Source of the DNA: Acidobacteriota bacterium
GTDB lineage: Bacteria > Acidobacteriota > Thermoanaerobaculia > Multivoradales > J023
DNA length: 64,000 nucleotides
Assembly: GCA_029263395.1 (NCBI GenBank)
Contig: JAJCXO010000184.1
Location: 39,838 to 103,837 of the forward strand
Direction of reading: 5' to 3'
Positions 27,199 to 36,135 of this stretch are shown piece after piece; position 1 is the stretch's first letter; each line of letters starts with the position of its first letter. A program made the translations under genes and the position numbers. The notes under the pieces are model-generated. The model ran no database searches. It had not been told where the DNA came from and saw only the letters and a list, made by a program, of their open reading frames with translations.

Positions 27199-28984
27199 CG
27201 GGTCCATCTCCAGGCGGCGCCAAGAGCTGTCGCAAGACCTCTTCTGCGAAAACGAAGCCAGCTTCCCCGAGCCGCTGCTCAGCAATCTGACCGTAAACCT
27301 CTTGCCCAAAGCGGGCCTCGTAGTCACTGCGGACTCGGTCCCTCGCCGCTTCGAAATCCAGTGGTTCAGGCTCCTGCCGTTGCACCAGCTCGATCAGGTG
27401 AAGGGCATCCCCCTGCTGGTAGGGCACGCTGAAGCCGCTGGCGCCAACCTCCAGCAGGTAAGTCAGCGCCTTGGCGGGAATCTCCTTGGTAAAGGCGTCG
27501 AAGTCCTGCCAACCGAGCTCGCCGAGACTGCCGCCGAGTTGGCTGGCAGCAGCCGCGAGATCGAGCTCACCCGTGGTCAATTGCTCGCGCAGGGTCTCCA
27601 TCCGGTGCAGCTGCCCCGGGGGATCATCACCGAACGGCAGGCTCCAGATTTGCACTTCGAAACGCAGCGGGCTCTGATAGTGGTGGCGGTTGTCTTCGAA
27701 GTAGCCGCGGAGCGTCGCTTCATCGTTCTCGATATGCTGGCCTATCTCGTCTTGCAGCCGGTTCTCCACCCACCGCGCCACGGCTTCTTCACGCAGGTGC
27801 TCCTCAGCTACGTCCCGTTGCTCCAGCTCGGCCGCCTCGACCAGCTCGAGGGCTAGCAGTTGCTGCTCTCGCTGGCGGAAATAGACTTCTCTTAGCCGAT
27901 CGCGCTCGACCTCGTCGAACTCGCTGGCCAAGCCGGTTCCCAGCTGTGCCAAGCGTCGCAATTCCGCTACGCTCAGCGAATCACCGTCGATCTCCAAGAC
28001 TGGGCGTTCCGGATCCCCACTGTCGAGAGTCTCGATCAACTCTTCGAACTCCAACGTCAACGCATTCGCCGGCAGCTCACGCCCGGCAACCCGCTCGGAA
28101 ACCATGTTTTGGATACGTTCCGTTGCCAGCTCACGTCGGATCTGTTCACGGGCTCCGGCGAGAGTTGGCGCAACGCCTGCGATGACATTGTCAACATGGA
28201 GCAGCACGGCGCCGCCTTTGACCAGAATCGGGTCGCTCACATCCCCTTCTCCGAGGCCAAACGCAACCTTCTCCAGACGCGCCGGCAGTTTCCCTTCCAC
28301 AACCTGCCCTACCTTACCTCCGCGCAGTCTAGTTTCGGAGTGGGAAGCCTCTCTCGCTAAAGCGTCGAAGGTTTCGCCAGCTTCAAAGCGCTCCTTCAGG
28401 GCACGCAGAAACTTCACCGTTTCCTGCGGTAGCTTGGGGTCTGCGTGGCGTCGAAAGATGTTGGCGAGATGAATCGACCCGGGACGTTGGAAACGTGCGC
28501 GATCCGCCTCGAATCGCAACTCGATCTCGGCATCTTGAATCTCGATCGTTTCTTGCAACTGGCGCAGGTAGGTCTCGACATAGGCGTGGCGCCGCAGCTG
28601 GTCGTAGTCTTCGAGATCAGAGATCGCGGCCTCGACGTCAGCCACCTCTGCCAGCACCAGTTGCTCGAGCGCCAACCCTTCCGCCAACTCCCGATAACAC
28701 GACACCAATTCTTCGATACCACCGCCACGGCGAGCCCGTTGACAAGCCCGCGAACGGGCCTCCGCTAGAGCGTTCTCGAGGTCCGGCAAAAACAGGGCGC
28801 CGCCGTTCCAAGTTGCCACTGCATCCGTTGGCGGAAGCGTAGGCTCAGGTGACTCTCCAGCACAGGCGACGAGCAACACAAACATGGGCAGCCAAGCGGT
28901 TGCCCAACCTTTGAAAGCCCGGTCGCTGTTCGGGTGCTCCGCTGGCATGTCCAGCTCGATCGTCATGTTTGTTGTCCTCGTCAA
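27152..28984 (-). CDS. peptidyl-prolyl cis-trans isomerase (SurA/PpiD-like, parvulin domain)
   Basis: Lipoprotein-like N-terminus (LLVACAG). A parvulin-type segment is present (GSIHLANIFRRH...GGKVGQV..GKLPARLEKVAFGLGEGDVSDPI). The flanking helical regions resemble SurA/PpiD chaperone domains. Confidence 0.65.
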   Translation of the reverse strand: MTRTTNMTIELDMPAEHPNSDRAFKGWATAWLPMFVLLVACAGESPEPTLPPTDAVATWNGGALFLPDLENALAEARSRACQRARRGGGIEELVSCYRELAEGLALEQLVLAEVADVEAAISDLEDYDQLRRHAYVETYLRQLQETIEIQDAEIELRFEADRARFQRPGSIHLANIFRRHADPKLPQETVKFLRALKERFEAGETFDALAREASHSETRLRGGKVGQVVEGKLPARLEKVAFGLGEGDVSDPILVKGGAVLLHVDNVIAGVAPTLAGAREQIRRELATERIQNMVSERVAGRELPANALTLEFEELIETLDSGDPERPVLEIDGDSLSVAELRRLAQLGTGLASEFDEVERDRLREVYFRQREQQLLALELVEAAELEQRDVAEEHLREEAVARWVENRLQDEIGQHIENDEATLRGYFEDNRHHYQSPLRFEVQIWSLPFGDDPPGQLHRMETLREQLTTGELDLAAAASQLGGSLGELGWQDFDAFTKEIPAKALTYLLEVGASGFSVPYQQGDALHLIELVQRQEPEPLDFEAARDRVRSDYEARFGQEVYGQIAEQRLGEAGFVFAEEVLRQLLAPPGDGPVSSADEGSSVDEGAP

Positions 28985-31140
28985 AGTCGATCTTCGGGGT
29001 CAGCGCTGGCCAACACATCTGCCGCCTCCACCCGTATTTCCCGATTTCGGCAGCGCTCCTGCATCTGCTCCAACGCGACCACTGCATTTGGACGGCGTCC
29101 AAGCTCAACCAACGCTGTCACCCGCTCGAGATGGGCATCGCAGGCGCCCGGGGCGAGCCGCAACACCCGCTCTAGCCGCTCGAGCGCCTGTTCTTCGCGA
29201 CTGTCCGCGCGCAGCACTCGAGCGTAAGCGAGGTGCCCTTCCAAATCGACCGGGTACTCCTCTAGCAATTGTTGGAGCTCGCCCTCAGCACGCTTCAGCT
29301 CGCCCGCCTCTAGAAGGTATCGTGTCAACTCCAAGCGCGCCCCCCGATGTTTCGAATCGAGCTCGAGAGCGCGCCCGATAGCTGCCTCAAAAGCCGCATT
29401 TTCGCCAGTCTCCCGCAGCATTCGTCCGAGTGCCAACTGACCGCCTGCAGTTTCTGAGACGCTGACCAGCCGCTGCGCCAGCTCGAGGCCCGTCTGCTGC
29501 TCTCCAGAATCGAAAACGGCTGCAGCGACTCGCAGGAACTGCTCGAGACTAGCCTCCGAGATGTCTTCGGTATCATCGACCACCTGTGCCGCTTCAGCCA
29601 GTTTTTCTAGGCCAACTAGGGCAGCAGCCAGGGACGCCCGATAGAAAGGATTCTGGGGCGACAGCTCCATCAGTCGTCGGGCAGTACGCTCAGCTTGCCG
29701 GAACTGCCTGCCACCGAGCTCACGCCGCAATCGGTTTTGGAGGTTGATATCGCCCACCCGATCCTGCGGAGCCTCACCATCGCCACGCAACGCTTCGGTA
29801 ACCGTTTGTCCATCCTCGGTGCCAGTCGAGAGGTAGCCTAGAGCGGCCAGTCGACGCCGGGTTTCTTCGCTGGCTTCATAAGCTGCATCGGCGGCGTCGG
29901 GGCTGGCGTGAGCATCGAGGAAGCTTTGCAGGGCAGATTCCATACGCTGTCGCTCTTCGGGGTGTGTTGCCGAAAGATCCTTTAGCTCTTGCGGGTCGTC
30001 CGCCAGATTGAAGAGCTCCGGCCGCGGCCCGTGGACATATTTCCATGGCCCCAGAAAAAGCGCTCTCAGTTCGCCGATACCGTGGGAAAGGCGCGGCGAC
30101 ATGCTCTCCGAGTAATACGGGCGTCGATTCTGGACCGAACCGCTGTCATTCCCGCCAGCCATGAGACCTACCAGCGAGCGCCCCTGCAACTCGGTTGGGC
30201 CCTCGAGCCCCAGAAGATCGAGAATGGTAGGCACAATGTCAACGGTACCAACCCGTTCCGCTAGCCGACGCCCACCTTCCCACTTCGGCACCAGCACGAT
30301 TAGCGGCACGTGAATCGTGGTGTCATAGGCCAGGAAGGCGTGTGTCACCTCACGATGCTCGTGCCGGCCTTCGCCGTGATCGGCGGTCATGACGATCACG
30401 GTACGATCGAGCTCACCGAGTTCCTCGAGTTCGCGCAGGATCGCGCCAAGGCTCTGATCCGCGTACGCAATCTCTCCCTGGTAAGGGTCGTGGGCAAAAA
30501 GCTGATTGTAGGGCGGCAACGCGATGTGAGGCTCATGCGGATCCCAATAGTGCAGCCACGCGAAGAAGGGCTGGCTTCGGGGCTGACGCAACCAGGGCAA
30601 GATGGCGTCGTTGACGTGGCCCGCAGGCCGCTCGTCATACCAAGTGTCGAAGCGTCGTTGGGCGAGTCGGCCACGGAAGTCGCTACTGGCGGCAGTGAGG
30701 TTGTCGTCGTAAAAGTCGAAACCTTGGGCGGTACCAAACTCTTTGGTGAGTGGGAATCCGCCGACCGCAGCACCGGTAGCATATCCAGCATCCCGCAGCA
30801 GTTCGGCCAGGGTTTGGCGCACGTCCGGCAAGTGGAAGAACGTGTTGTCACGCACTCCGTGGACCATTGGATAGACCCCAGTGAGAATGGTCGAGTGCGC
30901 AGCCTGAGTTACTGGGTTGGAGGCATAAGCGTGTTCGAAAAGAAACCCTTCCGCCGCCAATTGGTCGAGATGAGGCGTGCGCGCAGAGTCCTTGCCGTAA
31001 CAACCAATAAAGTCGGCACGTGTGGTGTCGAACGTAAAGAGCAGGACGTTTAGTGGCTGCTCGCGTCCGCACCCAGCGAGAACCAGGGCGCCTGCAGAAC
31101 AGAGAGAGGCGATGAGAACTCGGCAATTCATGAGTAGCAA
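28981..31140 (-). CDS. sulfatase-like hydrolase (alkaline-phosphatase superfamily) fused to C-terminal TPR repeats
   Basis: The N-terminus NVLLFTFDTTRADFIGCYG ... HVPLIVLVPKW matches the sulfatase N-domain, with Thr in the DTTRAD motif. The C-terminal 300 aa carry TPR-like repeats. It has a lipoprotein signal (LVLAGCG). Its stop overlaps the SurA-like gene start. Confidence 0.75.
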   Translation of the reverse strand: MLLMNCRVLIASLCSAGALVLAGCGREQPLNVLLFTFDTTRADFIGCYGKDSARTPHLDQLAAEGFLFEHAYASNPVTQAAHSTILTGVYPMVHGVRDNTFFHLPDVRQTLAELLRDAGYATGAAVGGFPLTKEFGTAQGFDFYDDNLTAASSDFRGRLAQRRFDTWYDERPAGHVNDAILPWLRQPRSQPFFAWLHYWDPHEPHIALPPYNQLFAHDPYQGEIAYADQSLGAILRELEELGELDRTVIVMTADHGEGRHEHREVTHAFLAYDTTIHVPLIVLVPKWEGGRRLAERVGTVDIVPTILDLLGLEGPTELQGRSLVGLMAGGNDSGSVQNRRPYYSESMSPRLSHGIGELRALFLGPWKYVHGPRPELFNLADDPQELKDLSATHPEERQRMESALQSFLDAHASPDAADAAYEASEETRRRLAALGYLSTGTEDGQTVTEALRGDGEAPQDRVGDINLQNRLRRELGGRQFRQAERTARRLMELSPQNPFYRASLAAALVGLEKLAEAAQVVDDTEDISEASLEQFLRVAAAVFDSGEQQTGLELAQRLVSVSETAGGQLALGRMLRETGENAAFEAAIGRALELDSKHRGARLELTRYLLEAGELKRAEGELQQLLEEYPVDLEGHLAYARVLRADSREEQALERLERVLRLAPGACDAHLERVTALVELGRRPNAVVALEQMQERCRNREIRVEAADVLASADPEDRL

Positions 31141-31311
31141 ATCAAGAAAAGCGAGCTGCTCAGTGTTGTCGACCCTCTGACGTTGTTGATCCGGCTGACG
31201 AAACGCCCGTCTCCTCGGAGGCCATCACCCGGAAGACTCGGTATGGAGTCTCCTCGCACAGATCATCAAGGCGCCTGACCGTCGGCAGCAGAGTCAACGA
31301 CGAACGCGCGT

Positions 31312-31710
31312 CTATTCTTCGTCGCTCAAACCAGAGTCCTGATTGTCTTCGACGGAGAACTCCATCAGCTCGACCGGCAGGTCGACGTTCGTGATGGTGA
31401 CCGTGCCACAGGCACAAGCCCATGCGCAGGTTGGGCTCACAGCGGTGGTGAAGGCGGCACCAGAGAGAAAAGAAGTAGAGGCGCTGGGATTCGGATCGCA
31501 GTCGATCATATTCATCTGCATCGTCAACGTGCATTGCTCAGCAGAGGACAGAATCTTGGCACCGTATCGGTAGTTCATGCCTCCCTGGGTACCTGTTCCC
31601 ATGCTGGTCGAAGCGGTTATGCACTGAGCTTCGATGGCCATTGGCTGCAGGGCCAGACAAATCACCAACAAAATCGAGCCAAGCCAAAACTTAGATCCAT
31701 GGATGTGCAC
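31312..31710 (-). CDS. small secreted Cys-rich protein (about 132 aa) with acidic C-terminal tail
   Basis: The track ORF extends to 31797. An internal GTG is preceded by GGAGGA (5-nt spacer) and gives the signal peptide VHIHGSKFWLGSILLVICLALQPMAIEA. The mature part has 7 Cys (QCITAS, EQCTL, IDCDP, SPTCAWACACG) and ends VELMEFSVEDNQDSGLSDEE. It lies in a locally AT-richer region. Confidence 0.45.
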   Translation of the reverse strand: MHIHGSKFWLGSILLVICLALQPMAIEAQCITASTSMGTGTQGGMNYRYGAKILSSAEQCTLTMQMNMIDCDPNPSASTSFLSGAAFTTAVSPTCAWACACGTVTITNVDLPVELMEFSVEDNQDSGLSDEE

Positions 31711-31954
31711 GTCGTTCCTCCGTATGATCCGCCGAGTACCGCGAAAAGCGTTCTCAAATCTTCTGTTTAACTTTAACGCTCGCAATTTATCAGCCACCGT
31801 GCGTTGCCGTCAATCGGCTGTCAACCGCTCGCTACTCGAGTCAACTGTCGAGGCCAAACGACGTAGTCTAGACCGTAAACACTGGTTTCAAGGATGATAA
31901 GATCTGCTCTCCGGGGCACAATCAAAGGATGGAATCAACAAAGGAGGCGCGCGC

Positions 31955-32470
31955 ATGAGTGAACCCTTTCTAGCCGAGGTCAGGATCGTCGGCTTCAACT
32001 TCGCACCAAGAGGCTGGGCTTTTTGTGATGGGCAGATTCTGCCTATCAACCAAAATCAGTCTTTGTACTCCCTGCTTGGCACCACCTACGGCGGCGATGG
32101 TAGAACCAGCTTCGCCCTACCCGATTTGCGTAGCCGGACACCGATTCACAGGTCCGATGGTCACACGCTGGGTCAGAAAAGCGGTGCCGAAACTGTCACC
32201 CTGACAGCTGCACAGATCGCCGCGCACACTCACACCGCCAAAGCCAGTTCAACCGCTGGCAACGAAAACACCCCAACGGGCAGAGTCTTGGCACAATCTG
32301 CTCCTGCCGGTGACCTGGCCTACCGGGATCCGCAAGCTGCCAGCACCACGGCACTCCGATCTGGCACCGTCACCAATGCCGGCGGCGGCCAAGCTCACAA
32401 CAACATGCAGCCGTACCTCACGGTCAGCTTCGTTATTGCTCTCCGGGGTCTCTTCCCCTCCAGAAACTAG
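31955..32470 (+). CDS. phage tail-collar domain protein (MdpB-like), paralog 1 of 3
   Basis: Motifs MSEPFLAEVRIVGFNFAPRGWAFCDGQIL...LYSLLGTTYGGDGRTSFALPDLRSRTPIH...GGGQAHNNMQPYL match the tail-collar (microcystin-dependent protein) family. RBS AAAGGAGG. Confidence 0.8.
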   Translation: MSEPFLAEVRIVGFNFAPRGWAFCDGQILPINQNQSLYSLLGTTYGGDGRTSFALPDLRSRTPIHRSDGHTLGQKSGAETVTLTAAQIAAHTHTAKASSTAGNENTPTGRVLAQSAPAGDLAYRDPQAASTTALRSGTVTNAGGGQAHNNMQPYLTVSFVIALRGLFPSRN

Positions 32471-32494
32471 TCTCCGACCTCAGAGGAAATCAAC

Positions 32495-33013
32495 ATGTCT
32501 GAACCCTTTGTCGGAGAGATCCGCATGTTCGCCGGTAACTTTGCTCCTCGAGGCTGGGCTTTCTGTGATGGCCAGCTTCTCGCTGTGTCTCAAAATGACG
32601 CGCTATTCAGTCTTTTGGGCACCATTTATGGCGGCGACGGTCGCACCACATTCGGGCTACCTGATCTCAGAGGCCGAATTCCCCTCCACCAGGGCACTGG
32701 GCCGGGGCTTTCAGCGCGCAGACTAGGATCCAAGGGTGGCGCAGAGAGGGAGACCCTGACCACCAACCAGCTAGCGAGTCACACGCATGATTGGAACGCC
32801 AATACCGCTGACGCGACAACCGCAGCCCCCGCTGGCAAAGTGCTTGCCAAGGCGGTGAACTTTCGGTTTTGGGAACCAGCAAACCCAAACACTGACCTCG
32901 CCTCGACCACCATCGCCAACACAGGTGGATCCCAGCCCCACAACAACTTGATGCCGACCCTTTGTATCAATTTCATTATCGCCCTTGTCGGCATTTACCC
33001 GTCGCGCCAGTAA
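32495..33013 (+). CDS. phage tail-collar domain protein (MdpB-like), paralog 2 of 3
   Basis: Same motif set as paralog 1 (MSEPFVGEIRMFAGNFAPRGWAFCDGQLL...LFSLLGTIYGGDGRTTFGLPDLRGRIPLH...GGSQPHNNLMP). Confidence 0.8.
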   Translation: MSEPFVGEIRMFAGNFAPRGWAFCDGQLLAVSQNDALFSLLGTIYGGDGRTTFGLPDLRGRIPLHQGTGPGLSARRLGSKGGAERETLTTNQLASHTHDWNANTADATTAAPAGKVLAKAVNFRFWEPANPNTDLASTTIANTGGSQPHNNLMPTLCINFIIALVGIYPSRQ

Positions 33014-33023
33014 GGAGATCAGC

Positions 33024-33554
33024 ATGTCCGAACCATTTACTGCCGAGATCAGAATCTTCGCTGGCAATTTTGCCCCTCGTGGCTGGGCGTTTTGCGACGG
33101 CCAGCTATTGCCGGTCGCTGAAAACACGGCCCTTTTTTCGCTTATCGGAACCACCTACGGCGGTGACGGTAGAACAACGACAGCCCTACCTAATCTTCAG
33201 GGGCGTGCGCCGATGCACCCGGGACGGGGCCCAGGACTCACCTCGCGCAGGCTCGGTGAGAAGGTTGGTGCCGAAACCGTGACGTTGTCTGAATCTCAGA
33301 TTCCGTCACACAGTCACACCGCACGTGCCCAGACAGCTGCCGGCAACGCCGGTTTAGCCCCCTCCAATACCACCGCAATCGGTCGCGCAGCACAAGGGGA
33401 CCTCTACCAATCCAACACGAGCGCCAACCTCGTCGACCTAGCCTCTTCGACCCTCGCCACGACAGGCGGCAGCCAATCGCACACCAACCTGCAGCCCTTC
33501 CTGACACTGAACTACATCATTGCGTTAGTGGGTTTGTATCCCTCTCGCAGCTGA
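33024..33554 (+). CDS. phage tail-collar domain protein (MdpB-like), paralog 3 of 3
   Basis: The track ORF starts at 32985. ATG at 33024 is preceded by AAGGAG and gives MSEPFTAEIRIFAGNFAPRGWAFCDGQLL, homologous to paralogs 1 and 2. Confidence 0.8.
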   Translation: MSEPFTAEIRIFAGNFAPRGWAFCDGQLLPVAENTALFSLIGTTYGGDGRTTTALPNLQGRAPMHPGRGPGLTSRRLGEKVGAETVTLSESQIPSHSHTARAQTAAGNAGLAPSNTTAIGRAAQGDLYQSNTSANLVDLASSTLATTGGSQSHTNLQPFLTLNYIIALVGLYPSRS

Positions 33555-33564
33555 GGACGATGCT

Positions 33565-34230
33565 GTGACCCGTCCTCTGAGTACTCAGGAGTCGCCGCTG
33601 CTCGCGCCGCGGCGGCGGGATATCCTCATGTATGGTGGTGCCTTGGCACTCCTACCTCGTCTGTCATGGGCTGGTGAGCAACAGTCTGAGTCCATCGCGA
33701 TCGGATACTGCCCGGAGTTACCGAGCGCTGAAGACCTCGACCACTGCCTGCTACCACGCAGCGTTGTGGCAGCTACTCGACTCGATGCTGGTGAAGCACG
33801 GCTGGCCCGGCGTGAAACCCGCATCACCGTCCACGGCCTATTCGGCACCGGGAGACTGTCGAAGCTCGGTATTCGAGCGGCCGAGCTACGCGTTAGATTC
33901 CCAGTGGCCAGTGTTGATGCTTCCGAGGTCGAATTCCAAGCCTGGAGTCATCAGATCTTGCCGGTAGAGAACGTCGGTTCAGCTAACGCCTTCACCGTAC
34001 CGATCGACCGTGGCCTTCAACTTGCTCTCGAACTGGATACTGCGATGGCAACGCAGCGCTTCGAAACGTTGCTTGTGACCGACAGCGAACCGGGCGCCGC
34101 GAAGCTTCGGAGCGGTTTTTACCTGATCGCTCCTGGGGCAACGGCATTTCGAGCTGAACGCTTCGATCCAACGGGACCCGAGCCGTTGATCGCCTTGTCT
34201 GTTCAGCTACTGGACGACCACACCGCCTGA
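33565..34230 (+). CDS. hypothetical protein with Tat-like signal (221 aa)
   Basis: N-terminus RRRDILMYGGALALLPRLSWAG. It sits 10 nt after the third tail-collar gene. No recognisable domain. Confidence 0.5.
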   Translation: MTRPLSTQESPLLAPRRRDILMYGGALALLPRLSWAGEQQSESIAIGYCPELPSAEDLDHCLLPRSVVAATRLDAGEARLARRETRITVHGLFGTGRLSKLGIRAAELRVRFPVASVDASEVEFQAWSHQILPVENVGSANAFTVPIDRGLQLALELDTAMATQRFETLLVTDSEPGAAKLRSGFYLIAPGATAFRAERFDPTGPEPLIALSVQLLDDHTA

Positions 34231-34382
34231 CTGGCCGTTCGGCTGGCCTTACCTGGATACCTCGAGTCGCGTAGTAGCGAACGGCTCGAGGCATTTATCT
34301 CCAGCACCCCTGTTGAGATTCACTGAATCCGAGATTCACCGGTTCGTAATACGCACGGTTATATAAGCGCATGTAAGATAAA

Positions 34383-35681
34383 GTGTTTCCTTCTGAAGCA
34401 CTAGCCATGCCCGTAAACTACACATCCGGAACCTTTCCAGAAGACAAGCTGGCCGCGCGTACGTGTCGAGACACGGATCTCCTCCAAGCCTTCGTCGAAG
34501 CTAACATCAGCGTCAACGCATGGCCAATTCACTCCCGGCCTCTGCTCAAGTTGATCCACCGCCGAGGACTCAACCTGCGGACAGCCCGCGAGTTCACCCC
34601 GTCCTTCGACACCCTTCTGGCCCTGATGCGCCGTATGCACACCGCATCACTCCGAGTCGAACGTCAATTATCGATCGACAACGCCTTCCATACCACACTG
34701 CACAACTATGAAGTGTTGCTTCGTCTCTTACTCCTCGAATGGCCCAGTAGCCAACCGATGCCATGGGAGATGCGACACGCAGTAGATCATGCGTACGATT
34801 CTTTCGATACGCTCGAGCCTCTCCTAGCCGACCTGATCAGCCAACTCCTCGACCGTGGTGTCCCCAGCTGGCGCCTAGCCCGAGATATTCTGGCCGCCGG
34901 TGGCCATGATTACGGCCACAGTGGAGATACCGACCGCTTGGGGCCGGACGGCGCTCCCCTACCCTTGACCCACGAAGAGACCGCCGAACGGCACGTCGCC
35001 AAGTTCGGTATCACCTTCGGATTTCCTCCGTCGTTGATCCTTGAAAGCCTGGCTGGGATCCGTGCCACCACATTGCATGTCCGCCAAGATCGTCAGAAAG
35101 TTCAAGCTAGCAATGACTTCGAACGCAAGATGACTCTGGCCGACGTCGCTGGCTGTGTCATGCGTCCAGATCAATGGATGATCCACGTCGCAATTCCGGT
35201 GTTACACGAACGTATGCAGCCATGGCAGCAGCGGCTGTCAGAGATCAGCGTCGAGATCGAGCAATTAACCCGCCAGATCGAGCGACTACCGCCCGATCAT
35301 GCCGAGCGCGAGCACAAAACCGCTCAACTAGCCGAGCTCGAAGCCGAAGAGGTCGCTCCGATCCAAACCGTCTCCGACGCTTTCGACAACGAGTTACGGT
35401 TCCTCAGTTTCATCCGCTCGAACCGTCTCGAACCCGTCGCCACCGGTTCCCGCCTCTGGGGCGAACGCATCGATAGGCGCATCGAACTCATCAAACGCCT
35501 TCTCAACCGCCGGGACCTCCTCGAACCCCTCGACGGACACGGTTTCCCCCTAGTCGAAACTCTAACCGAGAAGCTCGCCAACGCCGACAGCCTGCAACGA
35601 TCGCTCGCCCAAGATGGCGTCGATCCCAATCTTAGAGAACTCTTCTCCGAGTTCATCCCAGACGCGCCCCTCGGAGCCTAG
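34383..35681 (+). CDS. hypothetical protein (432 aa; possible HD-like His/Asp cluster)
   Basis: An ORF of long helical regions. The cluster GGHDYGHSGDTD is weakly reminiscent of a metal-binding site. It starts at GTG 34383 or ATG 34407. No confident family assignment. Confidence 0.45.
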   Translation: MFPSEALAMPVNYTSGTFPEDKLAARTCRDTDLLQAFVEANISVNAWPIHSRPLLKLIHRRGLNLRTAREFTPSFDTLLALMRRMHTASLRVERQLSIDNAFHTTLHNYEVLLRLLLLEWPSSQPMPWEMRHAVDHAYDSFDTLEPLLADLISQLLDRGVPSWRLARDILAAGGHDYGHSGDTDRLGPDGAPLPLTHEETAERHVAKFGITFGFPPSLILESLAGIRATTLHVRQDRQKVQASNDFERKMTLADVAGCVMRPDQWMIHVAIPVLHERMQPWQQRLSEISVEIEQLTRQIERLPPDHAEREHKTAQLAELEAEEVAPIQTVSDAFDNELRFLSFIRSNRLEPVATGSRLWGERIDRRIELIKRLLNRRDLLEPLDGHGFPLVETLTEKLANADSLQRSLAQDGVDPNLRELFSEFIPDAPLGA

Positions 35682-35704
35682 AACCCAGCTGTCTCGTCCA
35701 CCCA

Positions 35705-35935
35705 AACGCGAGCGAAGCAAGCCGTCAGGGGCTCAGTCAACAACGCGAGCGAAGCAAGCCGTCAGGGGCTCAGTCAACAACGCGAGCGAAGCAAGCCGTC
35801 AGGGGCTCAGTCAACAACGCGAGCGAAGCGAGCCATCAGGGGCTCAGTCAACAACGCGAGCGAAGCAAGCCGTCAGGTTGGAGCTGCTGGAGTACAGATC
35901 TCGTACGCCCGAACGCGAGCGAAGCGAGCCGTGAG
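35705..35935. repeat. 37-bp direct tandem repeat x 5 plus a degenerate copy (ACGCGAGCGAAGCAAGCCGTCAGGGGCTCAGTCAACA), abutting the tRNA-Lys 3' end
   Basis: Read directly. The period is 37 bp (not a multiple of 3). The overlapping track ORF 35614..35934 is therefore likely spurious. Confidence 0.85.
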
Positions 35936-35980
35936 GCCGCCGAGACCTGTCGGAACACCAGAGCGACTGAAAGGAGCGAA

Positions 35981-36056
35981 TGGTGGGCCGTACAGGTCTC
36001 GAACCTGTGACCCGCGGATTAAAAGTCCGCTGCTCTACCAACTGAGCTAACGGCCC
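35981..36056 (-). tRNA. tRNA-Lys (anticodon UUU)
   Basis: The reverse complement folds as a canonical cloverleaf: acceptor GGGCCGT/ACGGCCC, U8, D-arm GCTC..GAGC, anticodon stem GCGGA/TCCGC with loop CTTTTAA, T-arm ACAGG-TTCGAGA-CCTGT, discriminator A and an encoded CCA. Confidence 0.9.
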
Positions 36057-36135
36057 CACCGGGGACGGAGTATACCCAATTCTGCCATCGTGTGGCACGC
36101 CAAAGACAATCGAAAAACAATCGAAAAACGATTGT

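Noticed and set aside
31160-31534. 124-aa minus-strand ORF overlapping the Cys-rich peptide gene
   Set aside because: It is in a different frame from the ORF that has the RBS plus signal peptide, with no features.
35614-35934. 106-aa ORF across the 37-bp tandem repeat
   Set aside because: The repeat period is not a multiple of 3 and the translated product is low-complexity. This is an artefact of the repeat.
31160-36060. Integrase or recombinase marking a classic integrative element at tRNA-Lys
   Set aside because: No tyrosine or serine recombinase, excisionase or transposase-like ORF is detectable in the region. The island hypothesis rests only on composition, the tRNA and repeats, so it is stated as a hypothesis, not a mobile_element feature.
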